IMG/VR virus record: IMGVR_UViG_3300042350_003801
Source: a virus
Lineage: Duplodnaviria; Caudoviricetes
Length of the DNA: 64,000 nt
Strand: one strand, 5' to 3'
Below are positions 17,823-29,000 of the stretch, piece after piece. The position numbers were made by a program, and so were the translations under genes. Under the pieces are notes generated by a model. The model saw only the letters and a list, made by a program, of their open reading frames with translations. It made no database searches and had not been told where the DNA came from. The stretch's first letter is position 1; each line of letters opens with the position of its first letter.

Positions 17823-19196
17823 TTAACATTTCCACCGACGCCGAGCGGCTAATCCTCTTGGTTTGTTCCAACTTCTTGAACGACTGCAGAAATTTTTACG
17901 ACGCTTCCAGGCTTTACTTCCCTTTTCAACATCTCCGGTTACTGGCGCCTTAAGGTTAGAACCGGTTTCCTGATTGTATTTTTTTCTTCCTTTTGCGGTT
18001 AGCCCTCCACCCGCTTCCACGGAAAGTTTTTCACCTCTGCCTACAGAAAGGCTAGGGCCAGCCTCTTTGAGATGATCAACTTCTTCTCCGATTGTTTTAT
18101 TTTGAAGAAGATAGTTTTTTGACTTTGTATTGGGAAGCTGAATAATTGGCTGACCCACATTCTGGTTACCAACTTTATAACTTAAAACTCTTGCATCGGG
18201 ATACACCTTAACAATGGCATCAGTTACTTCCTTCCTATTTGGAATCCGAACTTGGGGGAAGAAGAGTTGGCTGGTCATCATCTTTCCTCTCCAGGAGAAG
18301 AGGATCTGCATTACTTGACCATTCTGAACCGGTAGAGTTGCCTCCGATACTGGAACGCAGTTGGGGACGTCTTTCCCACCTTTTTTCTTAGTTCCAACCA
18401 TCTCATAACCTTTCCAGCAGGGGTCTTTGCCTTTCATTTTTCTAGCCTCTTTAAGGCTAGCAGGAAGAACTAAATCAATAAACTCAAATTTTGGGTTACC
18501 GAAAAGGTCAGTAACAATAGTTGATTCAGTTTGAACTTTCTCTACTTTTTTCAGTTCTGTGTAATAATTCGGTTTTTCTGCAAGATGTTGAAGTGCAATA
18601 CCTTCTGCTTCTTCTTTATTGGTGGTATGCTCGCTTTCAACCTTAATGCCCATATTGAGTTGTTTTTGGATTCTCGCGGAAGATACGCCGTGCTTGCCTG
18701 CAATATCCTCAACACTCATTACTGGCTTTGAGCCTTTTACATATCCTTTTTCCTTTTCTTTTTTATTTTCTGGGCAAGAACAATCCTCTTCTTCGTTGAG
18801 AGCCTTTATAATTCTGTCTACGATTGTTGATTCTGTGCTAAATTTTGGTAACACTGGCGCTTTTACTTTATCGGTAATTTCTCTTGTTAATTTACTGGTT
18901 GGAATTTTTGACTTTGCTTTAGTTCCAGCAGCGGGTCTAGAGTGACTTTCGGGATTAATTTTAAAAGATGATTCTTCTAACTCTTTACCAGTATTAAGAT
19001 ATTGTGCAGCATCTGTAGTAAAATCTGCCGCTCTTGTGATTTTAGATTGAATCCAGGCTGGAAGTTGTTGCTGTTTATTTCTAATTTTCTTTCTTAAAAT
19101 TTCAATATTCTTCTCAATGGTGTCCAATTCAACTGTAGACATATAACCTTCGGTATCATTCTTCATACCCATTTTATTATTTTTACTTTTTGACAT
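17823..19196 (-). CDS. mosaic hypothetical (putative internal head) protein with DUF5661-like segment
   Basis: GIKVESEHTTNKEEAEGIALQHLAEKPNYYTEL (DUF5661-like), DPCWKGYEMVGTKKKGGKDVPNCVP, basic C-terminus, several L/IxE motifs. Confidence 0.7.
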   Translation of the reverse strand: MSKSKNNKMGMKNDTEGYMSTVELDTIEKNIEILRKKIRNKQQQLPAWIQSKITRAADFTTDAAQYLNTGKELEESSFKINPESHSRPAAGTKAKSKIPTSKLTREITDKVKAPVLPKFSTESTIVDRIIKALNEEEDCSCPENKKEKEKGYVKGSKPVMSVEDIAGKHGVSSARIQKQLNMGIKVESEHTTNKEEAEGIALQHLAEKPNYYTELKKVEKVQTESTIVTDLFGNPKFEFIDLVLPASLKEARKMKGKDPCWKGYEMVGTKKKGGKDVPNCVPVSEATLPVQNGQVMQILFSWRGKMMTSQLFFPQVRIPNRKEVTDAIVKVYPDARVLSYKVGNQNVGQPIIQLPNTKSKNYLLQNKTIGEEVDHLKEAGPSLSVGRGEKLSVEAGGGLTAKGRKKYNQETGSNLKAPVTGDVEKGSKAWKRRKNFCSRSRSWNKPRGLAARRRWKC

Positions 19197-19226
19197 TGAA
19201 TTAGCGTTAGAAGTTCATCTTATTAT

Positions 19227-19658
19227 TTATTCCTCAACTCCTTTTAGTTGTTGTTTAATAAGTTTTAATGCTTCTGCAGTTGTTCCAGTAAATACTACGT
19301 TATTGGTAACAGTTGATGGCCCTTTTTGGACTTTTTCTTCATTCATATCCTTCATTTTCTTCTGAAGGTCAATTAACTTGTCTGCTGCATCTGAAACGCT
19401 TTTGATAAGATGGCTTACAACCTCATATCCTCTAGGTGTATCAAGTTCTTGTGCAAGGTCTATGGCATTTGAAATAGCTTCTTGTCCCTTTTCAATAATC
19501 ATATAGTAACTGTCTCTGGAATATTTGTAATCCCCCTCAATATCCTTAGATACTTTTTGAATTTCTTTTGGTTCTTCAACAACCACAACATCCACATCAA
19601 CCGGCTCAGCCAGGTTGAAAGTTTCGTTTAGTTTGCTGAACTTTTTGGGTCTTCCCAC
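19227..19658 (-). CDS. gp16: terminase small subunit
   Basis: DYKYSRD...PRGYEV...DKLIDLQKKMK...TNNVVFTGTT; adjacent to gp15 and gp17. Confidence 0.88.
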   Translation of the reverse strand: MGRPKKFSKLNETFNLAEPVDVDVVVVEEPKEIQKVSKDIEGDYKYSRDSYYMIIEKGQEAISNAIDLAQELDTPRGYEVVSHLIKSVSDAADKLIDLQKKMKDMNEEKVQKGPSTVTNNVVFTGTTAEALKLIKQQLKGVEE

Positions 19659-19670
19659 AATATACTCTCC

Positions 19671-20675
19671 TTAATTTATATCAGAATCAAAACCAAAACT
19701 ATCACCATAAGGAATCAGTGAATTATCTGCTATAGTAATTCGTTTGACATTTGAACCGGAAACGTGAACCCCAATACCGGTACCATCTTGACCACGTTTG
19801 ACTTTTAATTTATTGTTGTCTTTGGAGTCAACTAACATTTCTTCACCATTAATATCTATGTATGAATTTACCACAATATTGGTTGCATTTACAACTTCAA
19901 TTTGTTTATCATTTACTGAAACTTCTTTTGTTAGTGTAGTTTCAACAATTCCGGTATAATTTTTAATGGCCCTTGGTGTGCTGCTTGAAACGACATCCCT
20001 TATGGGTGAATTAGAGGGTTCTCCTGGAACAAGACCGATAGAAACTTTTTTAATGATTTGTGAATCCAGTGAACCGGAAGAGATGGGTCCAAATATATAA
20101 GTTTTTACGGTAAACTTTAAAGTATAAATGAGTGCCCGCCTTTCTTTGAAATCCCCCTCAAAATTATCTGTCGTAGTAATATTATCAAGAACAATATCAA
20201 GGTCCTTTTTTTCGGTTATTGAATCTAAAAGTGTAGCACTAATTTTGAGATTTGGTTGAAAATATGGTATAATCTGCTCAATAATCTGGAACATATCATC
20301 ATTGTGTTTTGTCATAATGTTCAACTCAAAGTTGAGATTATAAGGTGCGGGCATACTTACCATCCTTAAGACATTGTTATTAATGTCCTTGGCACAGAAA
20401 GAAGTTGCCGTGGTTAATTTTCTTGTTGAATCATAAGATAACCCAATCATTTCAAAAGACATTCTCGGTAATGTAATTTGAACTGGCTTGTTGAGGTCGG
20501 GAACTTCTCTTAACCGAGCCAGAAATTTTTGGGTTGGAGCATATGCAATAGGAACTTTACCTTGAAAGAATACCTCCCCTTCATCGTTGACTTGCCTAAT
20601 CTTAATATTGTTAAAGAGGCTGCCGAAGACTACAATAGCTTTGCGGATGGATTCGTTGTAAAAATATTCAAACAT
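19671..20675 (-). CDS. gp15: tail completion / sheath stabiliser
   Basis: YFYNESIRKAIVVFGSLFNNI, VPIAYAPTQKFLARL, LPRMSFE. Confidence 0.93.
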   Translation of the reverse strand: MFEYFYNESIRKAIVVFGSLFNNIKIRQVNDEGEVFFQGKVPIAYAPTQKFLARLREVPDLNKPVQITLPRMSFEMIGLSYDSTRKLTTATSFCAKDINNNVLRMVSMPAPYNLNFELNIMTKHNDDMFQIIEQIIPYFQPNLKISATLLDSITEKKDLDIVLDNITTTDNFEGDFKERRALIYTLKFTVKTYIFGPISSGSLDSQIIKKVSIGLVPGEPSNSPIRDVVSSSTPRAIKNYTGIVETTLTKEVSVNDKQIEVVNATNIVVNSYIDINGEEMLVDSKDNNKLKVKRGQDGTGIGVHVSGSNVKRITIADNSLIPYGDSFGFDSDIN

Positions 20676-20710
20676 AAGAAATTGTTACCATTCCATAACT
20701 ATTTACCGTT

Positions 20711-22090
20711 TCAAAATATTCCAAATGGATTTTTCTCTGAAAAATCAATAATCTTATCAGATTCTTCTTGAATGTCTATATTACTAGCGTATTCATCGGT
20801 GATATTATCACCGTAACTTGAAATTTCTACTTTATATTGTGCCCCGCTTTCAGTACCTAATATAATTTCATCTTGCGAGAATGTTCCAGTTGGATTTGCA
20901 ACTTGAAGAAGTTTTGACGTTGCATCCCAGCTTCTTACTCTTGCGGTATAACTAGTTGCCGAACCTACAACAATTTCATTATACCGATAGGTTCCTATAC
21001 CAACAAAAATTGGACTTGAAATTACAACAGATGGAGGCTGAGTGTAGCCATAACCGGTATTTGACAATACAATCGTTTTAATGCTTCCATTTTCAATAAT
21101 TGCGCGACCTTCAGCCGGAAGAGAAGCAATACCTACAAATGACACTGTAACGATGCCAACATATCCACTTCCTCCATTGATCATATTAACATTCTGAATA
21201 ACTCCTTCCCCTATAGTTGCAATAGCACTTGCATCTTTCCCTCCGCCACCATTAAAGATAACCGATGGGGCTACCGTATAACCAAAACCCGAGTTGATTA
21301 TATTGACTGCCTGAACTCTTAATTTATCTGGATTGGGTCCACAAAGATCAACAATACCTCCAATCATATCTGCAGAACCAGTGGCAGTTTGTCCGATACT
21401 TGGAGCAGAGCTAAACTTTACATCCGGTGCTGAAGTATAATCATATCCTCTATTCAACATAGTTACGAAACGTACACCACCATTTACAATATTTGCAGTT
21501 GCTAATGCAGATGAACCCGCTCCGACCATAACATAAGTTTGAATAAATCCTTCATTAATAATAATATTATCAACGTTGTCAATACCAGTAGCAATAACTT
21601 CATTTTGATATCTAAATAACTCGCAATTCAACTTATAGATATAAGTTTTTCCTAGTTGATAGAATGGTTGTTCGTGTTCCACAAACTTTATTTCAAAAAT
21701 TCTATCTCCAAGTGGAAAATATATTAAATCTCCCTCTTTTGGGCGAGTTGATAGTTCTACATTTGGTAATCTTTTAATGAGAGCTGAAATATAAGTTTCA
21801 AACCTATCTTTAGATATAGTCAAAGTCATATCATTCATAGGTTGAATGCCAAACTTTGTCAATAGTGTTCCCGCGCCCTCATAACCTTCATAAGTTTCAA
21901 GATAAGCCTCTAATGGGAAGGCATTTGTAAATTCTGATTCAATAACTTCTCTGATGACTGTTTTCTTAGTCAAGTAGAATCTTGGCAGATAAAAAACATC
22001 AATGCCGTGTATCTGAATTGCTTCATTGATTAAATCTTGAAGCAATCCTTGTTCAACTTTTGTCTCGTTATGAAAGAAGGGGTTTAACAT
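20711..22090 (-). CDS. gp14: neck protein
   Basis: LNPFFHN...EAIQIHGIDVFYLPR, FEIKFVEHEQPFYQLGK, C-terminal IDFSEKNPFG. Confidence 0.92.
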   Translation of the reverse strand: MLNPFFHNETKVEQGLLQDLINEAIQIHGIDVFYLPRFYLTKKTVIREVIESEFTNAFPLEAYLETYEGYEGAGTLLTKFGIQPMNDMTLTISKDRFETYISALIKRLPNVELSTRPKEGDLIYFPLGDRIFEIKFVEHEQPFYQLGKTYIYKLNCELFRYQNEVIATGIDNVDNIIINEGFIQTYVMVGAGSSALATANIVNGGVRFVTMLNRGYDYTSAPDVKFSSAPSIGQTATGSADMIGGIVDLCGPNPDKLRVQAVNIINSGFGYTVAPSVIFNGGGGKDASAIATIGEGVIQNVNMINGGSGYVGIVTVSFVGIASLPAEGRAIIENGSIKTIVLSNTGYGYTQPPSVVISSPIFVGIGTYRYNEIVVGSATSYTARVRSWDATSKLLQVANPTGTFSQDEIILGTESGAQYKVEISSYGDNITDEYASNIDIQEESDKIIDFSEKNPFGIF

Positions 22091-22093
22091 TTT

Positions 22094-22900
22094 TTACCCA
22101 ATTAAATCAAATGCCGGCATTTCATAATCATAAGTCATCCTTTCCATAATAATGTCAATTTCTTTTTGGGCATCATCATAGATTTGGCGACCATTAAACT
22201 CGACTCCTCCTGGTAATTTCATTCCTTGATATTTTATCAAATTATTACCCCATTGCCGCTTAATAATGGCCGTGGCATACCGTTTGATGAAAGAATCATT
22301 CCAAACTTTTGAAGATTCTGTTGGATCCATTGCCCGGTAACAATCAAGAACAATATAATTTCCAACTTGAACATCTGACCAATTAATATCAAGATAAAGT
22401 TTATCGCCTCTTTTATTAAACCGAACCATTTTTTCTGGTGTTAAAATCCAGTCAATATCCTCAAGATACCGCTGAACCATTGTATAGGAGAGCAATTCCA
22501 TTGACCCCCAATAATATAAATCATTGAGGAATAGTTGATATTTAATATTGAAAAGACCGCTGGATAGAGTGCTACCCATTGAGAAGTTAAAAATCTTATT
22601 GATTCCAATAATGTGTGGTGGAACCTTAATATAGTTTGCTGTTTCTGTAAAATTATAACCATCTATTGAAGTGGATGCAAACCCAACTCCACCCTTCGCC
22701 CTATCAATATCTTCTTGTCTTATTTGATATTTAAGAAATGCTTGAATAGTTCCATCAAAATGCCGCTCATAAAATAGTTGCAGGGCATCATCAATTAAAT
22801 CGTCAAGTTGCTCTTCAGCAATTTCAATGTTGATTACTGGTGCTCCAAGTTTGCGGAGGCAATAATCAATTAGTTCTTGGCGGGATGATGGTTGTGCCAT
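22094..22900 (-). CDS. gp13: neck protein
   Basis: PSSRQELIDYCLRKLGAPVINIE, KRQWGNNLIKYQGMKLPGG. Confidence 0.93.
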   Translation of the reverse strand: MAQPSSRQELIDYCLRKLGAPVINIEIAEEQLDDLIDDALQLFYERHFDGTIQAFLKYQIRQEDIDRAKGGVGFASTSIDGYNFTETANYIKVPPHIIGINKIFNFSMGSTLSSGLFNIKYQLFLNDLYYWGSMELLSYTMVQRYLEDIDWILTPEKMVRFNKRGDKLYLDINWSDVQVGNYIVLDCYRAMDPTESSKVWNDSFIKRYATAIIKRQWGNNLIKYQGMKLPGGVEFNGRQIYDDAQKEIDIIMERMTYDYEMPAFDLIG

Positions 22901-23064
22901 TAGATTTTAGAAAGAACTTCTTGTTGTTTTAAGTAAAGTTTAATATAAGATTTGGACATATTTTTCAATGTCTCAATATCATTAATACTATCTATATCTC
23001 TAGAAAGTTTTTCATATTCAAAAAGTTTATTCACATCATTTAAAATAATTTTATCGGGTTGCAT
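22900..23064 (-). CDS. 54-aa helical protein, possibly NblA-like
   Basis: Manual translation MQPDKIILNDVNKLFEYEKLSRDIDSINDIETLKNMSKSYIKLYLKQQEVLSKI*; coupled to gp13 by TAATG. The NblA resemblance is an inference only. Confidence 0.7.
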   Translation of the reverse strand: MQPDKIILNDVNKLFEYEKLSRDIDSINDIETLKNMSKSYIKLYLKQQEVLSKI

Positions 23065-23278
23065 TAAGTAGCTCCAGTAGTAACGATTTAACTTGATTAA
23101 TTTCTTCTTTTATTGTATCTAAATTCCTCTCTAAATCTTCAACTTTATTTTGTTCTTTTTGCTTTGCTAACGCCATTGTTAAATATTCTTCATAACCGCT
23201 TTTATTCGTATTTAGTATTGCATTAGTATTCATATCCCTGATTAAATTTGGGTGACCTTCAATTTTAGATTGTTTCAA
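23051..23278 (-). CDS. conserved coiled-coil hypothetical protein
   Basis: KIEGHPNLIRDMNTNAILN...EINQVKSLLLELL, in the position typical of cyanomyoviruses upstream of gp13. Confidence 0.75.
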   Translation of the reverse strand: MKQSKIEGHPNLIRDMNTNAILNTNKSGYEEYLTMALAKQKEQNKVEDLERNLDTIKEEINQVKSLLLELLNATR

Positions 23279-25785
23279 ACTGCTGCTCCTGCAAGTGCAA
23301 TTACTCTTAGCTCTTTTACTCTTGGTGGATATGCCTGATTGGTGGAAGTTCCAACGAGTTTAATGCTATAATAGCGGAAAGAGGGAAGATTATCTACGCT
23401 GAATAAATATTCTTTAAATTTAACATTATCGCTTTCAAATCCTAGAGAATATTCTTTAATCAATTTGGAATCAGAATGGCCGCTATTTTGAGAGGGGTCT
23501 ATAACCTTATTAAATCTGTTTAGATTATTATAACCGGGAAATGGGTAATAAACGGGTTCGTCAATACTTGTATTTGATATTGAATAGAGACACTTTATTT
23601 CATTGAAAATATTAACGTGGGCGGATATGTAAATTTTAATGGAATTTGCAGGAAGTTCAAGTTGAATTGGAACATTAGCATAAACAAAGGCTGATGGGTC
23701 TGTTGTTAACTTTGCAACTCTATCATCAACAATGAAATCGGTGATTAAATTATCAACTCTATTGGTAGTAAAACTCATGGCAACTCTTTGTAGATCAATT
23801 ACAGGGGAAATATAAGAACTTGAAGTATTTAACTGCATATTAAGAGTAAAAGATTTTTTACCTGGAAGGGAAGCCAAGTTCTGTGTTTCGTTAACTTTTG
23901 CCGCGACAATTCTCGGGGAGTTCAAATAATTATTTGAATCTAGATTTATTTCGGTAAAGCCCAGATCATTATAAGATAGTTCATTTCCGCTAATACTCGT
24001 TCCAGAGACTGTTCTTATTTTTGAAGAAATGCTAGTGCCAGGTAAAACTGTAGAGTCTACAATTGGCCTTACAATTTCAAACTGAATATTCTGAGATGCC
24101 CTAATATTCTCGCCGCCAGAAGATTTAGTTTGTTTAAAATATAATCTACCAAGTGGCGAGCCTCCATTTCGACTAGTTTGCCCTTGAGGTAATGGTGCAA
24201 CATTGCCACCGTTTGTGAAATCAACTTTAACTTTATAATAATCTAGGCCAATTGAATTTGTCTCTGACGAATCGCTAAGAGTAAATGTTTTGTTTATTCT
24301 CCTTAAAGATACTCCATTTAACTCATACTTCATTACTGGAGTTAATGCTGTATATGAACTGGCTAAAGTTTGGTCGATTTGCCTGGTAATTCCAGTTAGT
24401 GTATTTCCTGAAATGCCACTATATGCAATAATTTCATTTCCTATCCGAACGTAACCGGGATTAGTTGATGCAACTCCAACATTCTCAAAGGTTGAAAAGT
24501 TGGTTGAATCCTGGATGCTAATACTTCCTGTGGAAGTATTAGAATATGCGGTGGTTAGTTTAGATGGGTTAATATCGCTTGAAATATTTGTCATTCTAAC
24601 TTTATTCACATTAGAGTGCATCCCGTGATTTCTGTGATTAACTTTAATATGTTCTCCATTTTCAACTACAACTAGACTACTTGGATATGCCTTTACCCCA
24701 TTTGAAAAGTAGATGTCGCTAGATATACCAGAATTATTAATATAGGTTAATGTTTTAGCAGAGATAGCCTCCTCAAAATCGCCTTGAACGTTATCAACAA
24801 TAAGTTCATTAATGCCTGCAATATTTTGAACTGAAAGTTGCATATTTAGTCCCAAATTTGAGGCTCCTATTTGAGTTGGAACTAGGACATCACCAATAAG
24901 ATAGCCGTTACCACCATTCGTAATAGTAGCACCAACCGATGCGACTGAACCATTTGTTATGGTAATATTTGCAGTTGCATTTCTACCGCTACCTGTTTTT
25001 GACGATAATGTAATATTGTTATAAGTTACTGAACCCGAAGATGGTGTATATCCTATACCTGCATTTACAATATTGAGGGTGCCCGCAGCAGAACCAGCAT
25101 AACCCACATAATTTCCGTTCCCCCGTGCATTTAATTGTGCAATATTATTACCGATTGTTAAATTTGGAGATAAAATAGTGGCACCCAATCCGATTCTAAT
25201 TTTTCTGGCGTTTATTTCTAGGGGATTGTTGATTAAATTTGCAACCTGATTATTACCATTCGCCAATTCTGGATTGTAAAAATTAATATTCCCCTGAGAT
25301 TCCTTAAAGTTTGCACGATATAGGGTGAACTTTAAGTCATCACTTTGTATGGAAGTCCAAGTTGAACCATTTTGAGATTTAAATAACGATCCCGAAAGAG
25401 GTTGTTTAGTCACAAAAACCCCGCTAGTTGAACTAGAGGCTAAATCCATTTCAGTTAATCTTGAAATGTGGACAAGATATTGGTCTGAATTGGAAAGGAT
25501 GCAAACACAATGGAAGGTATCACCCTTTAGGAAAACTGGAGAATCAAATGTTACCCTTGTTGCTAAAGATCCATTATTTGAAGTAGAAATATTTTTGGGA
25601 TTTAAAACTACTTCGGAGTGGGGATAAACAGAATCGGTTGGCACTCCATATTCCATTGGACGGAGTTGGACTGTTACTGGAAGTTCTGGGTCTTTACTAT
25701 AAAAGAATAAATCGAGGGAAGTTACGAAATACCCACTAAGAGGCTTAACGTAAAATGACTGGGCAATAGGGTCTACTAGCTTCAC
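23275..25785 (-). CDS. C-terminal part of split DUF4815-type virion structural protein (GTG start)
   Basis: Begins VDPIAQSFYV, which in homologues is an internal motif following the Pro-rich linker; ends PPRVKELRVIALA. Confidence 0.8.
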   Translation of the reverse strand: MKLVDPIAQSFYVKPLSGYFVTSLDLFFYSKDPELPVTVQLRPMEYGVPTDSVYPHSEVVLNPKNISTSNNGSLATRVTFDSPVFLKGDTFHCVCILSNSDQYLVHISRLTEMDLASSSTSGVFVTKQPLSGSLFKSQNGSTWTSIQSDDLKFTLYRANFKESQGNINFYNPELANGNNQVANLINNPLEINARKIRIGLGATILSPNLTIGNNIAQLNARGNGNYVGYAGSAAGTLNIVNAGIGYTPSSGSVTYNNITLSSKTGSGRNATANITITNGSVASVGATITNGGNGYLIGDVLVPTQIGASNLGLNMQLSVQNIAGINELIVDNVQGDFEEAISAKTLTYINNSGISSDIYFSNGVKAYPSSLVVVENGEHIKVNHRNHGMHSNVNKVRMTNISSDINPSKLTTAYSNTSTGSISIQDSTNFSTFENVGVASTNPGYVRIGNEIIAYSGISGNTLTGITRQIDQTLASSYTALTPVMKYELNGVSLRRINKTFTLSDSSETNSIGLDYYKVKVDFTNGGNVAPLPQGQTSRNGGSPLGRLYFKQTKSSGGENIRASQNIQFEIVRPIVDSTVLPGTSISSKIRTVSGTSISGNELSYNDLGFTEINLDSNNYLNSPRIVAAKVNETQNLASLPGKKSFTLNMQLNTSSSYISPVIDLQRVAMSFTTNRVDNLITDFIVDDRVAKLTTDPSAFVYANVPIQLELPANSIKIYISAHVNIFNEIKCLYSISNTSIDEPVYYPFPGYNNLNRFNKVIDPSQNSGHSDSKLIKEYSLGFESDNVKFKEYLFSVDNLPSFRYYSIKLVGTSTNQAYPPRVKELRVIALAGAAV

Positions 25786-25807
25786 TTATCTTTTTAATCC
25801 AATGTTC

Positions 25808-25971
25808 TATTTAGTATTGAAAATCACTAAACCATAGTGTTTTCTGGACGCTTTGCAGCAATTACTAAATGGCGTAAATAACCTTCTAGTCTCAATTCCG
25901 CTCAACATCCGTAATCTGTGGAGTATGCCGATACCCGAAAAGAATTAACTAACTGAGCGCAATTATTTATG
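25808..25971 (-). promoter_or_regulatory. two late-promoter motifs inside the DUF4815 split (CATAAATA 25964-25971; ACTAAATA 25808-25815)
   Basis: TAAATA cores on the coding strand upstream of the GTG at 25785. Confidence 0.5.
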
Positions 25972-26030
25972 TTATTTTTATCGCAATTTTGAAAAGTTTC
26001 GTTTTTATCTTAAGGATCAACAGGTTCAGA

Positions 26031-29000
26031 TCATTTACCAGCCAGTCGTCTGGCCGCAGCATTCATTCCTTGTAGTTCAGAAAGACTATCTAATCTTCTA
26101 ATTCCTGCCGCATTTAATAGTTGACCGACATTGAATGAAGTGCCATTTTTGGCATTAATGCTATCAACTAGCCGCTGTCCTTCAGCTGAAGCAGAAATAT
26201 TGTTTCTACCGCCACGAATTACAATGTCCCCATCCTGCCAGGGGCGAGAATCTTGGGTTTGTACTGGCTCGGGTGCCGGGCCAATCGCTTCAGGAACAGA
26301 TGGAGTCACTTCAGGCGGGGATGGTTCAGGTGCGGGTGGCGGAGGCGATTGCGGGGGCTCAATCCTAACAATATTCTGCTCAATAGAATTAAGTCTACCA
26401 GAAGAGTAATACTTTTCTTCTGCGAAAGATGTTGCCACACCCTCAATCAATGAATTTGTAGAACTGTTAGTCAATCTGAATACCCTAGTTCCACTTTCAA
26501 ACGATGGATTTTGTTTAACATTTCGGTCCGGAATGAACAATGAACCAATAACATCGCCGGAACTATCTGCTATTTGTTTAATATCTGAACTAATAATAGC
26601 TTCTGCCCCAGTAGTCTGACCTTTAAGGACCATACCACTTTCAATATACCCACTGAAACCACCTTGAACCATATTTGATAAACTGTAAGTATCAACATTA
26701 ATGATTGTAGAAGTTGATGAATAATCTTCAGGGATCACACTATTTGGGTAATATGGATTATTAGAATATGTTACAGTTGGAGAATTATATGGGCCATATT
26801 TGTGGTTACTTTTTGCCACTCTGAATACTATTCTGACCCCAGATGAATAATTTATTCCTATTACAGTTTCGCCAACTTGGAATGTGCCACTGGTCATCAA
26901 AATTTGAACAAGTTTGGGCACAATAAACTTATCCATTGCTCTTCCGTCAAAATAAGAATATAACCTAGAAAGAGGCTTCAATCTCTTGGCAGTAAATTCA
27001 ATATTTCTAGAACGAAGATAAGGAATGACTTCACTCCTAAGAAGAGTATTTCCTTGCTCCCAAATATTAGAAACTGCATTCCATAAAACTGGGTTAAAAC
27101 CAATTTGTTGGTCATAACTAACTGCCGCAAGTTGAGCAGCGGAAGGTGAATAGTTTGCTGCCGAAACAGTTTTAGTGGATACTGTTACTTGGTCTGCCCA
27201 TACATCCGAGGACGGGTAAATTACAATAGTGCCGCTGAAGGTATTATTTCTATAAGACGCAACATTATCAACTCTAGTTGAATAAGGTTGACTAAACTCA
27301 ACAACTTCATCATAATCTATAGTTAGAAGATGACCCGTCTTTTTAACATTAGTGCTAATCAAATCCGCAGCATACTTCAAGTCAATACGGCTATCTGCAA
27401 CTGTTCCAATACCGACAATAGAGTTTGTTGCAATAACAAGATCTAGTGCAGTCGTATATGAGCAGGGGCGGAGTTCATTGGTATCTAAATCTATACTATT
27501 CTTAACAATAGTGGTTTTCAGTTGTGAAATAGTATTAGAGAAATTGTCAACAAAGAAACCAGATTTAAAGCGATTTAATCCAGAACTATCGGGAATGAAA
27601 AGATTGGAAGTATGATTTTCTAGTAAAGTTAGTGAAGTATAATATTCAAGATTTGAAATTCTATCCTCAAGTTTTTTAATATCCTCCATTCTATATCTCT
27701 TATGAGATACTAGTTGAATATCTGCATCTTCGGGGTTGCATAGATAAGCGGGAAGATAAATTGTAGAAATTTCTAAGGAACCTTCAATCTGATTTGGGGG
27801 ATTTGGTAACTCTGCTGGTGCTCCAGAAGCAAGTTGAAGTTCACCGGCCTTAGATAAGAAGATTTTATCAATTCTTGGTAGATAGAATGAATAATCCAGA
27901 TTAATAGATTCGTCGGAGGCTAAAATATTCTTAACATTTGATGAATTATTTGAAAAATCTCTACCTAAAAATTCAAAAGGTGATCTAGAATTAACGCTTA
28001 CTGTATAGGGGGATACTCTGGGGCGAACATCAATAATATCCGAAACAGAAATACCATCAACTTTTGGTAAATCGCAATAATCAAAGTTTGAATACGAATT
28101 AACGGTTACAATATCACCAACATCAGAAGTGAGATAATCTGCCGATTCAAATACAATAGTTATTTCTCTTGTTGGTTCTTTTGAATTTGATTTTCTCATC
28201 AATTTTGAATAATCATAAATTGATGATTTTTGCCCAGGTTCAAATGTAAAGTTTGAAGTTATATTTGAATCGCCGAAATCTATGGAAACTACATTTGCGG
28301 TAACACCGGTATCTTGAAATATAATCGTTTCATTTACTATAAAACTAGAAGAATTTAAATAAACAAAATTAATGCTCAAGTCATTTACACTTTGAACATA
28401 AATTGCAACGGCCTTAGATATTGAACCAATTATCGTTTCCCCGACGAGCAAATCCCCAGTTTTGTTTGTTAGACCACTGATAGAGGATAAAGTTACTTTT
28501 GGTAAAGATGGCGGATTTATAGTAGATGACTCAAATACTCCATAAATTTTTGTAACATCTGGCTCAAGAAGGCAAATCTCTGCATCTTGAACTCTAGAAC
28601 CATATGGATAGTTTCCATAAATTAAGCCGTCATTTAATGTAGTATTTCCAATACCAGAAGCACTATACTTTGACTTATCAATTGTAATCGTCTTGATTCT
28701 ATTTTTATATTTAACTTTTTCCTTTACATTAATTTTTCTGAGAGTTGCAATAAGTTTTGCTTTAGAATTACTACCAAGACCACTTATTGTAATAGAAGAT
28801 GAACCACTCCCATATGCAAACCTATCAGAAGTTAATGTTTCAGTTGTTCCATCTTCACGAATAAGAACGTATCTTTCTTCGTCAAATGGTAGGAACGTTT
28901 CATTGGTGTCCGATAAAATGGGGCCAACTGCATTTGCTGAAATATTAACATCAAACTGCTTTCTTATAATAAGATTGGAGCCTAATACATTAACATTATT

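Noticed and set aside
25786-26030. Group I intron in the DUF4815 gap
   Set aside because: No P/Q/R/S motifs, and the upstream TGA stays in frame under any U|...G| splice I could construct.
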